Below the pieces are notes generated by a model. The model searched no databases and was not told the origin of the DNA. It was given only the letters and a program-made list of their open reading frames with translations. A DNA stretch of 64,000 nt, taken from assembly GCA_030295235.1 (NCBI GenBank), contig AP026128.1:186001-250000 (forward strand), read 5' to 3'. This DNA is from Fistulifera solaris (taxonomy: Eukaryota). Each line of letters opens with the position of its first letter. The stretch's first letter is position 1. Positions 47,639 to 59,556 of the stretch are shown here, piece by piece. Both the position numbers and the translations under genes were made by a program.

Positions 47639-48457
47639 TTACAATTTCTTTTTGTAGGCTTTTGCGAAACCTTTTATGACACCTCGGACAATCAGCACTC
47701 CCCAATAAATTTGCAATACGAGTAGAAAAAAGGAACTGGCTCCACAGGTGGCCATGAACATTCGGTAATATAGATTCGGATGTTGCGAATACAGGAGATA
47801 ATGATCGCGGAGATACATAAACAGGCGCGGTACGAACAGAATGACTCGTACCAACAGAAAGGCCCCCGCAAAGACTAAACGGATGGTATCGTACCAGCCC
47901 GGATATTTCGCAATCAGTGACGGATTCTCCTTGAAGTAATTCATGATGGACAACGGTAGACTGCTCAATTCAATCACGCCGTAAAAGAACGCGGTCCAAT
48001 ACCGAAAGCCATTGCGGAGAAAGCCGGACATGATCGCCACCGCAATGACGGTAAAGTGATGCGCCAGCATGGCGGGACTTTCGTTGACATACAAGAAACC
48101 CACGGGGATGGCCCAAAATTGAAACCCCAACTGGAAGCAACTCAAAAAGACCAATGGTTCGTATCCTTGCGTCTTTTCTTCTTCCGTCGCTGCTTTCCCC
48201 AAGATGTATCGGAATTCATAATAAAAGCCGGCACAGGTCAAAATCAAATTGGCGACGAAATTGGTGGCCGTGTAACAATTTTTCCGCGTGACTTTCAGAG
48301 ATGTTCCTCGATGACAGTAGAGCGCACCGATGTAGAGTGTCGATAACAGCAAATACGATAGAACAATTTGCGGAAACACCACCGTTTGCAGAAATTCGGT
48401 CGGAAGAAAAATGGGACCCTCATTGAGGGCTCCCAATCGTTCGGCCAGAGTGCTCAT
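47639..48457 (-). CDS. TLC (TRAM/LAG1/CLN8) domain membrane protein
   Basis: MLAHH, FFYGVIELSSLPL, FAGAFLLVRV and LQIYWG. Confidence 0.88.
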   Translation of the reverse strand: MSTLAERLGALNEGPIFLPTEFLQTVVFPQIVLSYLLLSTLYIGALYCHRGTSLKVTRKNCYTATNFVANLILTCAGFYYEFRYILGKAATEEEKTQGYEPLVFLSCFQLGFQFWAIPVGFLYVNESPAMLAHHFTVIAVAIMSGFLRNGFRYWTAFFYGVIELSSLPLSIMNYFKENPSLIAKYPGWYDTIRLVFAGAFLLVRVILFVPRLFMYLRDHYLLYSQHPNLYYRMFMATCGASSFFLLVLQIYWGVLIVRGVIKGFAKAYKKKL

Positions 48458-48962
48458 TTTTCTCTCTCTCAAATGGCGCTAAATGATGCAGTGACGACTC
48501 GCGGAGAGGCAGTGGATTGCTCGGTTGGTTCTATGAAAGAGAAATGATTGTCTGTTGCAGTCCTGTGTATTCTGTATCGAAATGTGGATTGTAATATCGT
48601 TTGCAGGATGGCAAAATAATGGTGGACGGACTGCTATTTTTCTGTTTGTTTCGTGTTTATCGTTGCGTTTCTTCTTCGTCTTGCGTGATCGAAAAAATCG
48701 CACTCTTGGGGAAATAGTAAACGGAAACGGGGCAACAATGACGCACTTTTTGCGGGATATAAAACCTAGTCCAGTCATGAGCGTATGTACGTCGGTCGCC
48801 AAGAAAAATGACAGACTTTCGCATTTTTTATTGTGCTGACCGTCATTTTTATTGCGATCTTTGCATTTTACTCCGTATTCTCGGCAATATTATCACGAGT
48901 GGCTGACTGCTTTCGAGACTCTTGTGAGAGCCCCGTTTTTTTCGCTAACGCAATTTCGCAAA

Positions 48963-49589
48963 ATGCCGACACAACTCGAAATCATTCACGCCTGGGACGA
49001 AATGGCGGACGATTGGGATGACATGGCCGCGGGGAGTGCCCAAGGATTTTACCGTCTGTTGCAGAAGCATATTTCTCTGCAATCAGACATGACAGTCTTG
49101 GATTTTGGATGTGGCACCGGTCTCGTCGCCGATTTACTGCGGCATCGTGTCACCAAAGTCGTGGCCGTCGATGTGTCTCCCGTCATGGTGGAAATTTTCG
49201 AGGAAAAAATGCAAGCACAAGAATGGGAAAATGTTCAAGTATTTCATGCGTTATTGGGAGATCATGACGATGAGGAGACTCAACAGATATTGAACGAGTA
49301 CGAAGGCCAGATCGATCTCATTATTGCCCATTCCGTGCTGGGGTTTGTGACTCCGGAGACTGTAGGGACGACTATGGAGGTTCTGGGTCGTCTATTGAAA
49401 CCCGGCGGCTCGTTTTGTCATACCGACTCTTCACAAGAGGAACAGCGGAATCATTTTACAAGACAAAAGGCTGAAATCTACTACAAAGAGGGCGGTCTCG
49501 AAACCGTTTCGACGAGTGTTGAGAGACTTGATCTAGGACAGGGTCAGTCCTGTGATGTCTTTTTCGGTATTGCTCGAAAGCCCTTATAA
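48963..49589 (+). CDS. Class I SAM-dependent methyltransferase
   Basis: WDEMADDWD, VLDFGCGTG, VVAVDVS and LLKPGG. Confidence 0.9.
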   Translation: MPTQLEIIHAWDEMADDWDDMAAGSAQGFYRLLQKHISLQSDMTVLDFGCGTGLVADLLRHRVTKVVAVDVSPVMVEIFEEKMQAQEWENVQVFHALLGDHDDEETQQILNEYEGQIDLIIAHSVLGFVTPETVGTTMEVLGRLLKPGGSFCHTDSSQEEQRNHFTRQKAEIYYKEGGLETVSTSVERLDLGQGQSCDVFFGIARKPL

Positions 49590-50201
49590 CCAAATATGAT
49601 ATCAGGCAAACATTGATGATAGAATCGGATGGCAGAACGAGTGCTTATTGGAAAGGTTAATTCCAAATCCGTCGCAGCGACACTGCTGTCGCCGCCACTT
49701 GCAAATTATGAAAGCCGGTCAATAGTAAGCTATAGACGATGTTATGGACATGCTGTGATAGGCTAGCTAGGCGAGCACTATTTGATTGCTACCATGGCTG
49801 GAACGATCCATTTCGATAAGTCGTGAACAGAGCGGCTCGTGACTGAGGGTCTTTTTCGGACGAATTATTTGGGTTCTGTACCGGTACTCACATTTAAAAT
49901 TCCCACCCTCTAAGTATCTTTGCTTTGTAGAGGAAAAGAGTACTGTGTTGCAGCACGGTCGGCGCGCGCCTCTGGAAGGAAATTCCCACCATCGCTCGTA
50001 GAGACTGGTACGTAGAGTTACGTGGGAGTGAGACAAAATAAAAAAAAAGTTATGTTTCGAGAACACCCTCTATTTCCCGCCATCGAAAACACACACCCTC
50101 ACTCATCTCGTTGCGCGGGTGTCAACAAAGAAGTCACTTTGCCAACAAGAATCATCTTCTTCCTTTTTCTTTTTGCCTCTAATAGTCACTGTCATTCAAA
50201 T

Positions 50202-52332
50202 ATGTCGACGAGCAAATCAGCGAAACGACAAAGTCCTCGATCGGACAAAGAACTTCTTCTCGAAACGATGATCGAGGCGGCCGACGATGCGCTCTTTCTC
50301 CAACGAGGTGCGGCGGATGAGGACGAAACGACCATCGAGTTCGGGCACAATGACTATGATGAAGACCTGCTATCTTTCGATCATCCCATGCTGGATTTGA
50401 AACGAAATTTAGATCAAGATTTTTGTGATTCTTCGACCGATTCGTATTGGGAAGACGAAAAAAAGTCGTCTGCGGGCCCCAAATGGGATGTTACGCTCGC
50501 CAACAGTGTCGAAGTGTTGAAAAGCCATTTGAGGGAATCGTCCGAGTCGTCGCGATGGACCGGTAAAACCGTACCCGAGTCTCCGAAATTTCACGAAATC
50601 AAACCACGACCGTTACCCAAGAGTACGCAAGAACAGGAAGAAGAAGAAATGCAACAAATTCAGCCGTTTCAAGCAAGAAAGCCTCCCCCTTTTACAAAAC
50701 CCAACCTGGAAACCAAACCGGCACCTGTCACGACCCCTCAACCCTTTCATTTTCAATCAACGACACGCAAACGATCCGTTCCGCCATCGAAAGAACAAGT
50801 CGATTTGCAGGAATGTCAGCAGTTTCGATTCAAAGCTCGTCCGATCCCAAAATCAGTGCAATCCACGAAATCACCGGAAGTATCCCGTATTCCTCGATTA
50901 TCACTGCCATCGGCTCCACAGAAATCCGCAGCGCGCTTTCCTCGATCATTGCAGCCAGTGGCTCCCAAGATGGCGACAAAACCATCACGCATCCCTGGAT
51001 CAACGTCAAAAGTAGAAAAGATATGTGTTGAAATGGAGATCAAGACGATGCGTGTGGAGTTTCATATGACGAGTGACGCGGGGAACGAATCAAGTGACAC
51101 AAGGAAGGAAGCACGCCAGCCAACGCTGAGAAAAGTCGTGCCGCCAAAATTGAATTGCCTGGAACGCCATGAAGCATTCAAGCAGAAGCAAGCCGAGAAG
51201 TTACGCGAAGAAGAGAAGAAAAAATCGTCAAAAGGCGTGTTTCAAGGCACGTCCACTTCCGGCGTCCCTACAGAAGCGACGGGTGGTTCCTCAATGTCCC
51301 GACGGACCGGAAGTCATTGCACGCATTCCAAAGTCTCCGCCGCGGTTACCCATCACAAGTTCCTCCAAGCTAGTCGAAGAAACAAAAGCTGCCGCGGAAG
51401 ACGATTTGTTTTTTGACGCGGAACAGTTTGTGCCGAAAGCGTCTGGCGGAGTGGTTCGACTCATTCAAATCACGTCCACCGTAGTGATTCTTAGTTTCAT
51501 TGTCTGGTACGGAACGTCTCCCAATTATTTTTGGCATTCTCATCGACAATTCCGCGACAAAACCGATAGTAGTGCAACGTTCAATGGAAAGCCGCAAGTG
51601 ACTTACGAGAGTGAAAATGTGTCCCTCGCAAAGGCAACCGAAAATGTGCAACCGTTCGCCGCGCCAATCAACGAAGAAGCACCACGAGCAGAGGATGTTT
51701 CTTTGATTTTACAGAGTGACGCCTCATCGAAGTACGTTCTGAATGTTGCTGAAAACGATGTTGCGTTCCATCGGTCTTTTGACACTGCTGAAAACACAGG
51801 GCTTGAGGCTCAACGGGGAATTCAAGCACAAGATTCTGTCGAGCGGCGCAGGTTTTCCGACGAGGATAACGACGTGTCAGCCAAGATATCCAAAGCAGAG
51901 GCCGCTAGGGCAAAAGCTGAGCACTATTTCGAAGGCCTTATCCCGGAAGATCCCGAATCGATCCAAAGAGCCTCCCTAAAACGAACGACGTCCAAGAACA
52001 CGACGGCACACGTCGGGGGTCCAAAGAAACCTTTTGAAGACGAAGATCATGCTCATGATAGAACGATGAATCATCCCGAAGGTAGTGAAAAGATACAAGT
52101 TGAAGTTGAGCCAGTCCGTCGGAAAGTATATTTTGACTTTTTGCAGGGCTTTGTCACTCCCGACGTTTCACGATCAAACGAACGTAAGATTCGTCCCAAG
52201 AGATCCGCGGGTTCCGACTATCATGTGCAACGATGGCTCGATTTGAGTATCGATGAGATGGTGGTCTTGAACGGGGTGTTTGGAGTCCGTTTCGATAGTT
52301 CTTTCCAGAGAGATGTATACCGCTTGGAATAA
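50202..52332 (+). CDS. Protein with TPX2-like F(K/Q)ARPxP repeats followed by a TM helix; frameshift near 51230
   Basis: IKPRPLP, FQARKPP, TTPQPFHFQS, FKARPIP and FKARPLP. TM segment LIQITSTVVILSFIVWYG. Confidence 0.6.
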
Positions 52333-52745
52333 ATAATATTCATGGATTTCTTTCTGCTTCAAATGGTCTCCTATCGTTGCCTTTTATATTTCACTCGTCG
52401 ATGTAGTTAACGTTATACTGATAAAAAAGTTGTACAGTACCGTCCCATTCCCATAGACGAGCAACACGGATCCAGGCACTTTTCATGACTGGATTTCAAT
52501 CATGAGAAGGATGACGTCAGTACCGTTTCTGATGTATCAATTTACATGTAAAACGTCGATTTGTCACACAGGTACGAACGGATTGTGATGATGATTGTGA
52601 GAAATATACCGATCGTTTGAAAAACGCAGCAACATGATGTCGACAAAACAACAATGCGAAGCGCATTGAAAGTGATTGATTCGCACGAAAGAAAAAGCAC
52701 GACATCTTACCGAGTGGTCTTGTTGAGCAGATAGACCCAAGAAAT

Positions 52746-54633
52746 ATGAGACTGCCCGGCTGGCCCCTGTTTTTGTTCTTGTGCGTGTTTCGCATCCTCA
52801 ATGTGTCGCTAGTGCAAAGTTATTTCGATCCGGATGAATTCTGGCAGACCCTGGAACCAGCCTATTGTACCGTCTTTCAATCTCCGTGCGCTTGGACGTG
52901 GGAATGGACGCGTCGTCCGGCGAGCGGAATCAATTTATTAGAAAGTAGTCTGTGGGGTCCGGCGCGGAGTTTCGTGTCTGTCGTTCCGACCATTGTCTTT
53001 TATCGCATCCTGCAAGTTTTGGGCCTGCACGAAAGTCATTACTGGATTTCTCGTGGGCCCATGATTTGGAATGCTCTGCTGGTAGCGGCGCCGACGGATT
53101 GGGCGATTGCCTATTCGGGGGTCTGGTTGTGGGGCAATTATTGGGCCTTGTTGGCGAGTTTGATTTCATGGTTTCAAGCATATTCATTGATACGGACCTT
53201 TGCAAACAGTCAAGAAACCATGCTACTCAGTGTAGCCGTGGCGTTGGTGTGTCCGGAATTGTTTGGGAAAACTGTCGAGGGATTTCAAAGGCGATCTTCG
53301 TTGGCGTTTCTGCTGGGAGGTCTTTCGGTCGCCATTCGATTTACCTCGTTGGCAGCCTTTGTTCCGCTCGGTGTCCTTTTGGCACTGCAACAAAACACTT
53401 TCCAGTCGAAAATCACCTATCTGATCATGCCCTGTGCTCTTTGGGGACTCCTGGGTCTGCTGGTGGGCTTGGTGATTGATCGTTGGTTTTACGGTTTCTG
53501 GACCATTCCATTCTTGGGTAATTTTCATTTCAATGTCATTTTGGATCATGCTAGCTTGTATGGATCACATCCATGGCATTGGTATTTCACGGTGGGTTTG
53601 CCGGTCGTTGCGGGACTTTTGTTGCCCATGATACTTTTTTATGAAGACGGGTGTACCTTCTATTCGCCCCAGTGCGCCATCTCCACGCAACACGACGAAT
53701 ACTGCTGAACCGGTGAACACGGAAGGATACCCGGTAGATACTTTGAAAGAACTAGAAAAACTACATGAACAATTGGAGCGTGAAAAGCAGGAAGTAGAAG
53801 AGCGTCTCCGTTCTCTGGAAGCGCATCGCATCATGGTACAGAATGCTGACTCGAGACAACGGATGGCGGTCCGAAGTTTGTGGATCATTATGCTGTCCTA
53901 CCTGGCTATTATGTCTTTGAATGATCACAAAGAATTTCGTTACATACACCCGGTCTTGCCTCTGGTGTGTTTGTTGTCCGCGCCGTACATTCAGCAACTG
54001 GTGGTCGATTTTGGGTCCCGTTCGATTCGTCAGTGGGCTATTCTTCTTTTGGTAATTCCCAATTTACTCGCCGTCCTTTATTTAGGCCGCTTTCACCAAT
54101 CGGGTCCAATTCACGTCAACAAGGCTATCCTTGAGGCTGCATTGAAAGTTCCTAGCCAAACGCTTTTTTCGATTCATTATTTGACGGGAGCCTGTCACTC
54201 GACGCCACTCTATAGTTATCTGCACTCGCCGCACGTGCAATTCGATACCTGGACGTTGGACTGTTCACCTTCGTGCCGTGCCGACCCCTCTCAGATTTGT
54301 GAGTATGAGCGATTCGATCGCGATCCCGAAGCGTTTGTCGACGAAGCCTACCAATTAACGGCTTGTCAAATGCGAGAAGATGAAACGTGCGAGAAAGTGG
54401 ACAAGATTCCCGACTTTATCGTTACATTTACACGGTATGCCGAAGATTTGCACTTGTCATCATTAGGACTTCATGCCATGGCACAATTCCCCCATCATCT
54501 GAAAGGTGTGGAATTGGCTGGTTGGACGTTCGGGGATACGGAACCTAAATGGGCCCGGTATTCGCTCACGAGTTGGTTGCAACTGTCGGTCGAAGAGATG
54601 GTAGTTTACGCTGGAGGAAAGTTTGCATCCTAG
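52746..54633 (+). CDS. PIGB: GPI mannosyltransferase III (PIG-B/Gpi10, GT22); frameshift in the T-run at 53634-53640
   Basis: SYFDPDEFWQTLEPAY, TWEW, RTFANSQET, YGSHPWHWYF, HKEFRYIHP, HQSG and CHSTPLYSYLH. Confidence 0.9.
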
Positions 54634-54835
54634 TTTTGCGCTGACGGTGGCGTCATACATACTACACGAATAGATAGCTACATATAGATAGGTTTGTCAA
54701 TACAAATATTGGTTTGCTGGTCCTTTCCATCATGATTAGCAAACAGACAGAACAAACTGTCTCTTGACAACACACATCGCGCTTGTCCGATAACTTTAGG
54801 ACATACTACCGTTTTATAATAATAATCGAAAAAGT

Positions 54836-55428
54836 TTATTCGCGACTCGATTGGTTCACCGCAACTCCATTCAAACTTCCAAAGCCCAGACTTTCCAACA
54901 TATCCCGGGTATCCGGATCAATCTGGATGGTCTCCGCCTCCAAGGCTGACACTTCGGGCACGAAATCCAATCGTCGCTCCCGCTCTTCTTCTTGCAATTT
55001 GAGAGAAATACCACGAACCGGTCCCTTGGCAATACGGCGCATTAGATGCGTCGTGTAACCGGTAATCTTGTTGCGCATGCGCTTGGAAGGCAAGATGGCG
55101 ACATCATCGACAATGCGCTTGTTGGAGTGAAAGTCGAGCGTCAAACGCGTGTAGTACTTTTCGACAATCGTACGAGCCGATCGCTTGACAGTTTTAGTAC
55201 GAACACCCTGTGTTAAGAAGAGAATGAATGATTAGAATAAATTGAGTTGACAATGAATCATTGATTTTTCTTGTGTGAAATTAAATTGCCGCCAGTGCAA
55301 CTGCAAGAACAGCATCCAATCGACGCAACGAGTGTCCTTCCTTTCTATTCTAAGCGCTCCCTCAACGCATTGTGCTGCTACGACATATTCCTCCCTGATT
55401 TCCATTAATTCCGCATCTTACATACCAT
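54836..55428 (-). CDS. RPS17: 40S ribosomal protein S17 (eS17); intron at 55208-55425 directly after the ATG
   Basis: [30 protein letters not shown]...[36 protein letters not shown]. Confidence 0.97.
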
Positions 55429-55885
55429 GGTTGTTGATTATTTATATTCCACTACAAAACGAATTACTCGTATACTTTCAGCGTTGCAACAGCCGCTTCG
55501 AAGTGCGAGCGCTGGGGCGTTTTTAGTAAATCGGTAAACTTCATACACGAGGAGGAGTCACGACTGAGAAGAACGGACAGACGAGTGTTGTCTACTATGA
55601 AAGCATGTGTAGCTTACTATTTACTGGAAATACATTCTTTACGATAGAGCATGTTTCTACGGTACTGATCCATAACCTGAACTCTTTATTCGAAATTCGA
55701 ACATCATCCTCGTTGTTCCTCTCTCTCTTCGTCTTTTGTTGCATGGAAACGCGCGCAACAAAAAAAACACATCATCGCTTTCATTTGACAACCTTTCACG
55801 TCTGAACAACGATTAATTGCTTTATAGCATGAAACCCACAAAACGCATAAATTTCTTATTTCTAGAAAAGAAACCGCACGAATCA

Positions 55886-57559
55886 ATGACGCTGGCGCTG
55901 CATACCGAGGAATGTCAACGGCTGTTGCAGCAAGCATTGGAGGTTGCCGCATTGCAGGATTCGACCGCCCCCAAACATCCGAAAAGTCGTTATGCCGATT
56001 CCTCTTCCGACGACGAAGATAAAGAAGATGATTCTTCTTCTACCTCGTCCGAGGAGGCAAAGGATGATACGAAACAAGCTGACACACAAGACACGCCTCC
56101 TCTCGTTGATGAACAGGTTCCGCAACAAAGGCAAGAAAAGAAGAAGAAGAAACACACCAAAGTCGAAATGAGTCAACGACAGCGCGAACAGGCCGTTCAA
56201 AAACAGTTTGAGTCGCTTACTTGTGAATATTTCCCACTCCGCAACAACAAAAGACTGAAAATTCCTGCCGTCGTATTTCCCAAAGACGACGAACCTACCG
56301 TGTCCTGGATGCACCACTTATCTCTTCAATTGCAACAACAACCGGTCGTCGTTCTCGCGTTGCGTTCGGGACGTTTTGCCGGTGCGGTCCTTATGCAAAA
56401 TGAATGTGTCGTGCATACCACCTTTCAACGATACACGGTTCGCAAGGGACAGGGCAAGGCTCAGTCCTCACAAGACAATGCGGGCGCGGCTCCGAAATCC
56501 ATGGGGGCCCAGTTGCGCCGGCAGGGCGAAATGCAATTGCAAGAGGATATTGTACAAACTTTGAAACGTTGGAAACCGTACCTTGACGCGGCGGCTTTGA
56601 TTTGGATTGCGGCTCCCAAAACCATGAAGCGACAACTGTTTGTGGAATCGCTCAAAGCGGACGATCGTCGGATCCGTAGAGTGCCATTGGATATGGGGCG
56701 TCCCAGTTTTGAAGCCGTGTCGTTGATCCACGCGATTTTGACACGAATTCAAGTAGAAGATGCTCCCTTGAGTGACCCTATTTCCGAGGAACCACCGGTG
56801 GATCATTCTGAGGAGTGCGCGCCTGAAAACATTGATGAAACAATAAGTATTTCACCGCAAGCGGAAATAATCAAGTTGACTTCCTTGCACGAAGCGGCTC
56901 GGGATGGCAATGTCGAAATGTTGGAAGAGCTGTTGGAGTCGGAGTCCAGTGACGTGAATTGTCAGGCGGGGGAAGATCTCATGACTCCACTGCATTTTGC
57001 GGCTCAGTCGGACGCCCTAACGGCGTCCGCTTGTGTCACGCTATTACTGGAAAAAGGCCGCGCGAATCCCTGCCGGTTGGATCGACGAAATCGAGTGCCC
57101 TATTATTTGGCTTCGCACGATAAGGTACGAGATGCCTTTCGCATGTGCCGCGCAGCGCTGGGCGAAGAGTATTGTTCGTGGGATGCGGGGGCCAAAGTCG
57201 GCCCACCCTTGACGGAAGACGACCTCCGCACCCGGAAAGAAAAGGAAGCCGAGAAGCGAAGGCGGAAAAAATCGAGGCAAAAAGAAAAACAGGCGAAAGA
57301 AAAGGCCCAAGCGGCACAAGCGGAACAAGCTCGGCAGGAGGAGGAAGCACGTCAAAAAGAAGAGGAAGAAGCGAAACGCGTACGGGATGGGTTGGCTCCG
57401 AAGAAAGGAGGTGGCAACGTATGTGATTTTTGTCAAGCCGTATGCCGAAAGAAAAGTCAAATGTTTCAGCGCCTCACTTACTCATACTGTAGTACGGATT
57501 GTGTGAACAAGCACAAGCGTGAGCTTATGGCATCCGCTGCACTAGCGCGTTTCGGTTAA
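55886..57559 (+). CDS. VMS1: Vms1/ANKZF1 (VLRF1 domain, ankyrin repeats, coiled coil, treble-clef zinc finger)
   Basis: SGRFAGAV, HTTFQRYTVRKGQGKAQSSQD, SMGAQLRR, TPLHFAA, WDAGAKVGPPLT and CDFC...YSYCSTDC. Confidence 0.9.
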   Translation: MTLALHTEECQRLLQQALEVAALQDSTAPKHPKSRYADSSSDDEDKEDDSSSTSSEEAKDDTKQADTQDTPPLVDEQVPQQRQEKKKKKHTKVEMSQRQREQAVQKQFESLTCEYFPLRNNKRLKIPAVVFPKDDEPTVSWMHHLSLQLQQQPVVVLALRSGRFAGAVLMQNECVVHTTFQRYTVRKGQGKAQSSQDNAGAAPKSMGAQLRRQGEMQLQEDIVQTLKRWKPYLDAAALIWIAAPKTMKRQLFVESLKADDRRIRRVPLDMGRPSFEAVSLIHAILTRIQVEDAPLSDPISEEPPVDHSEECAPENIDETISISPQAEIIKLTSLHEAARDGNVEMLEELLESESSDVNCQAGEDLMTPLHFAAQSDALTASACVTLLLEKGRANPCRLDRRNRVPYYLASHDKVRDAFRMCRAALGEEYCSWDAGAKVGPPLTEDDLRTRKEKEAEKRRRKKSRQKEKQAKEKAQAAQAEQARQEEEARQKEEEEAKRVRDGLAPKKGGGNVCDFCQAVCRKKSQMFQRLTYSYCSTDCVNKHKRELMASAALARFG

Positions 57560-57679
57560 TTCAATTATTACGAAAGTTGTGCTTTCAGCAAAATGGACCA
57601 ATTTGATTACAAGAAAAATGCTTTTATGATTTATTTTGATTGAAAATGATATGCCGTCCCTCTATGTACAACTGCAACA

Positions 57680-58864
57680 TCATCCTATTATTTCGAAACT
57701 TCCATGATGCGATGAACGTGGCCGGTCGATGTAATTGGATGGAATACCAACTAGTTCGCATGATATATTCCAAAGTTGAGTCCTCTGTTCTGGCTCGGCG
57801 ACATCGTCGCTAATCGGTACGGGGCAAAACTCATTGCCGTACACGGCGTTGGATGCAGCGAATGACTCGGCGTCTCTCCAGTACATGCCACCATGACGAC
57901 CAGCTTCGTCGGAAATTGCCATAAAAACTAATGCTCCAGCACCCCAAAAGACCGTCTTTTGTCTTCGAAGAGCATCCGCGTTGTGCACAGCTATTAATTC
58001 TTCAACGCCGTCAGGTTGGTGCCGGAATAAGCCAGACATGAGCATCAAACCGGGTGAGAAGCAAGTCGCGATGACTCCCGATCTTTTTACTTTTTCATTC
58101 AGCTCGCGGCAGATAGCAACATTACACAATTTTGACAGTGAATATCCCTTTTTGTAATGAAACTCTGATCCATCAATCATATCGAAACGTTTATTGATTG
58201 CTCCAGTCGATGGATCCACCATGCCTCTCATATCCAGCTTGCAGCTCGTATGCAGACCACTCGTCGAAAAGATTATGCGACCACCAGGATTCATCAAATC
58301 ATGTGTCAAATTCGTTATCAGAAATGGCGCAAGGTGGTTCGTTTGAAATGTCACTTCCAAACCATCTTTCGTGAATTGAGGCTGTGATTCGGGAGCCTGC
58401 AGAACGGCCGCGTTCAAGCAGAGAACATCGATCCCATTGAATGCCCATTTACTTGGGTGATATGTTTCGTCCAGTTGCCGTCTTAGTTCGTCATTGAATT
58501 GTCGAATACTTTCAAAGGAACAGTGGTCGCAGGCAAGAGGTATCCAGTTGCAACGATATTGACTCGCATCTGTGAAAACGGAAGCCACGGATTCTTTGGC
58601 GGCCTTGGCCTTTTCGAGCGTCCGACAAACCAGCACAATTCGATGAATTGGCTTGATAATAGCAAGAAGCTTCGCCGCTTCCAATCCGATTCCACTGCAG
58701 AGGCCGCAAAGTATTAGATTCCGAAGAAAAGGGTTCTGATATTCTCGCAAGGAAGAACACACGTACCTACTGGCTCCTGTGATGACTATGGTCAGGCCGG
58801 GATTGGTGGACCGCCTCTCTCGTAATCTGCTGGCTAGCGCATGTAATTCTTGCATGGTTGCCAT
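57680..58864 (-). CDS. Short-chain dehydrogenase/reductase (POR/retinol dehydrogenase-like clade); intron at 58695-58766
   Basis: Spliced TGASSGIG, LNAAV, DGLEVTFQTNHLAPFL and YSLSK (YxxxK). Confidence 0.88.
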   Translation of the reverse strand: MATMQELHALASRLRERRSTNPGLTIVITGASRYVCSSLREYQNPFLRNLILCGLCSGIGLEAAKLLAIIKPIHRIVLVCRTLEKAKAAKESVASVFTDASQYRCNWIPLACDHCSFESIRQFNDELRRQLDETYHPSKWAFNGIDVLCLNAAVLQAPESQPQFTKDGLEVTFQTNHLAPFLITNLTHDLMNPGGRIIFSTSGLHTSCKLDMRGMVDPSTGAINKRFDMIDGSEFHYKKGYSLSKLCNVAICRELNEKVKRSGVIATCFSPGLMLMSGLFRHQPDGVEELIAVHNADALRRQKTVFWGAGALVFMAISDEAGRHGGMYWRDAESFAASNAVYGNEFCPVPISDDVAEPEQRTQLWNISCELVGIPSNYIDRPRSSHHGSFEIIG

Positions 58865-59556
58865 GAAATTGTGGTTCGAAAATGCCGATGATGTACCATG
58901 GTAACTTCCCTCGACGAAGTGCTGACTCTGTCGGCATTTTCGTGGCTGACTCCATGCAAGAGAAAAAAACGGCTGGTGTTTTGCCTGCGTCACATTTTGG
59001 TCCGCTCTGCAAGCTGTTTTGCAGCAAAATGTTGCCCACATCACTCAACTGCTTACGACTACTGTAAGTCGTTCAGTACAAACCGCAATACCACGTCCGG
59101 TTTTCTTGCTACCTGGTATGACTGTGTTGTTTGTTGTGTCGTTGTTCGGGTTGCCTGACTCAGGTACCGGATACAAATTTCTGCAAAGGACAGTACTCTC
59201 TTTGAGTACACAATTCCTTGGTTGTGTGCTACTCCGACATAATATTTCTCGGTCTTCTCACCTGACACCGTACAGACCCGTCTGACCGAGCACCTCGCTG
59301 ACGATCTAGGTCATGGTGAGTCACGATTGAGATAATGATTCAGCCAACGGGACAACGCGAGATTATGATGATGATTCATTCAGTTGCGGCCATGATCTTC
59401 TGACGCAATCACAATTGAGAATGGATGAATGGATTAGAACGGACTCAGCCATGCCTCGGATTCTAAGACAGTAGCGCAGTTCTTTTGGATTCGAAAGAGT
59501 GTGGTCGTGACAACGTCACTTGAAAGCAGTGGAATCCTAGCGATTCGAAACTGAGT

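Noticed and set aside
59361..59410. Box C/D snoRNA candidate (ATGATGA...CTGA with GATT/AATC ends)
   Set aside because: Only about 40 nt span the boxes, which is too short, and I recognised no convincing rRNA-complementary guide.
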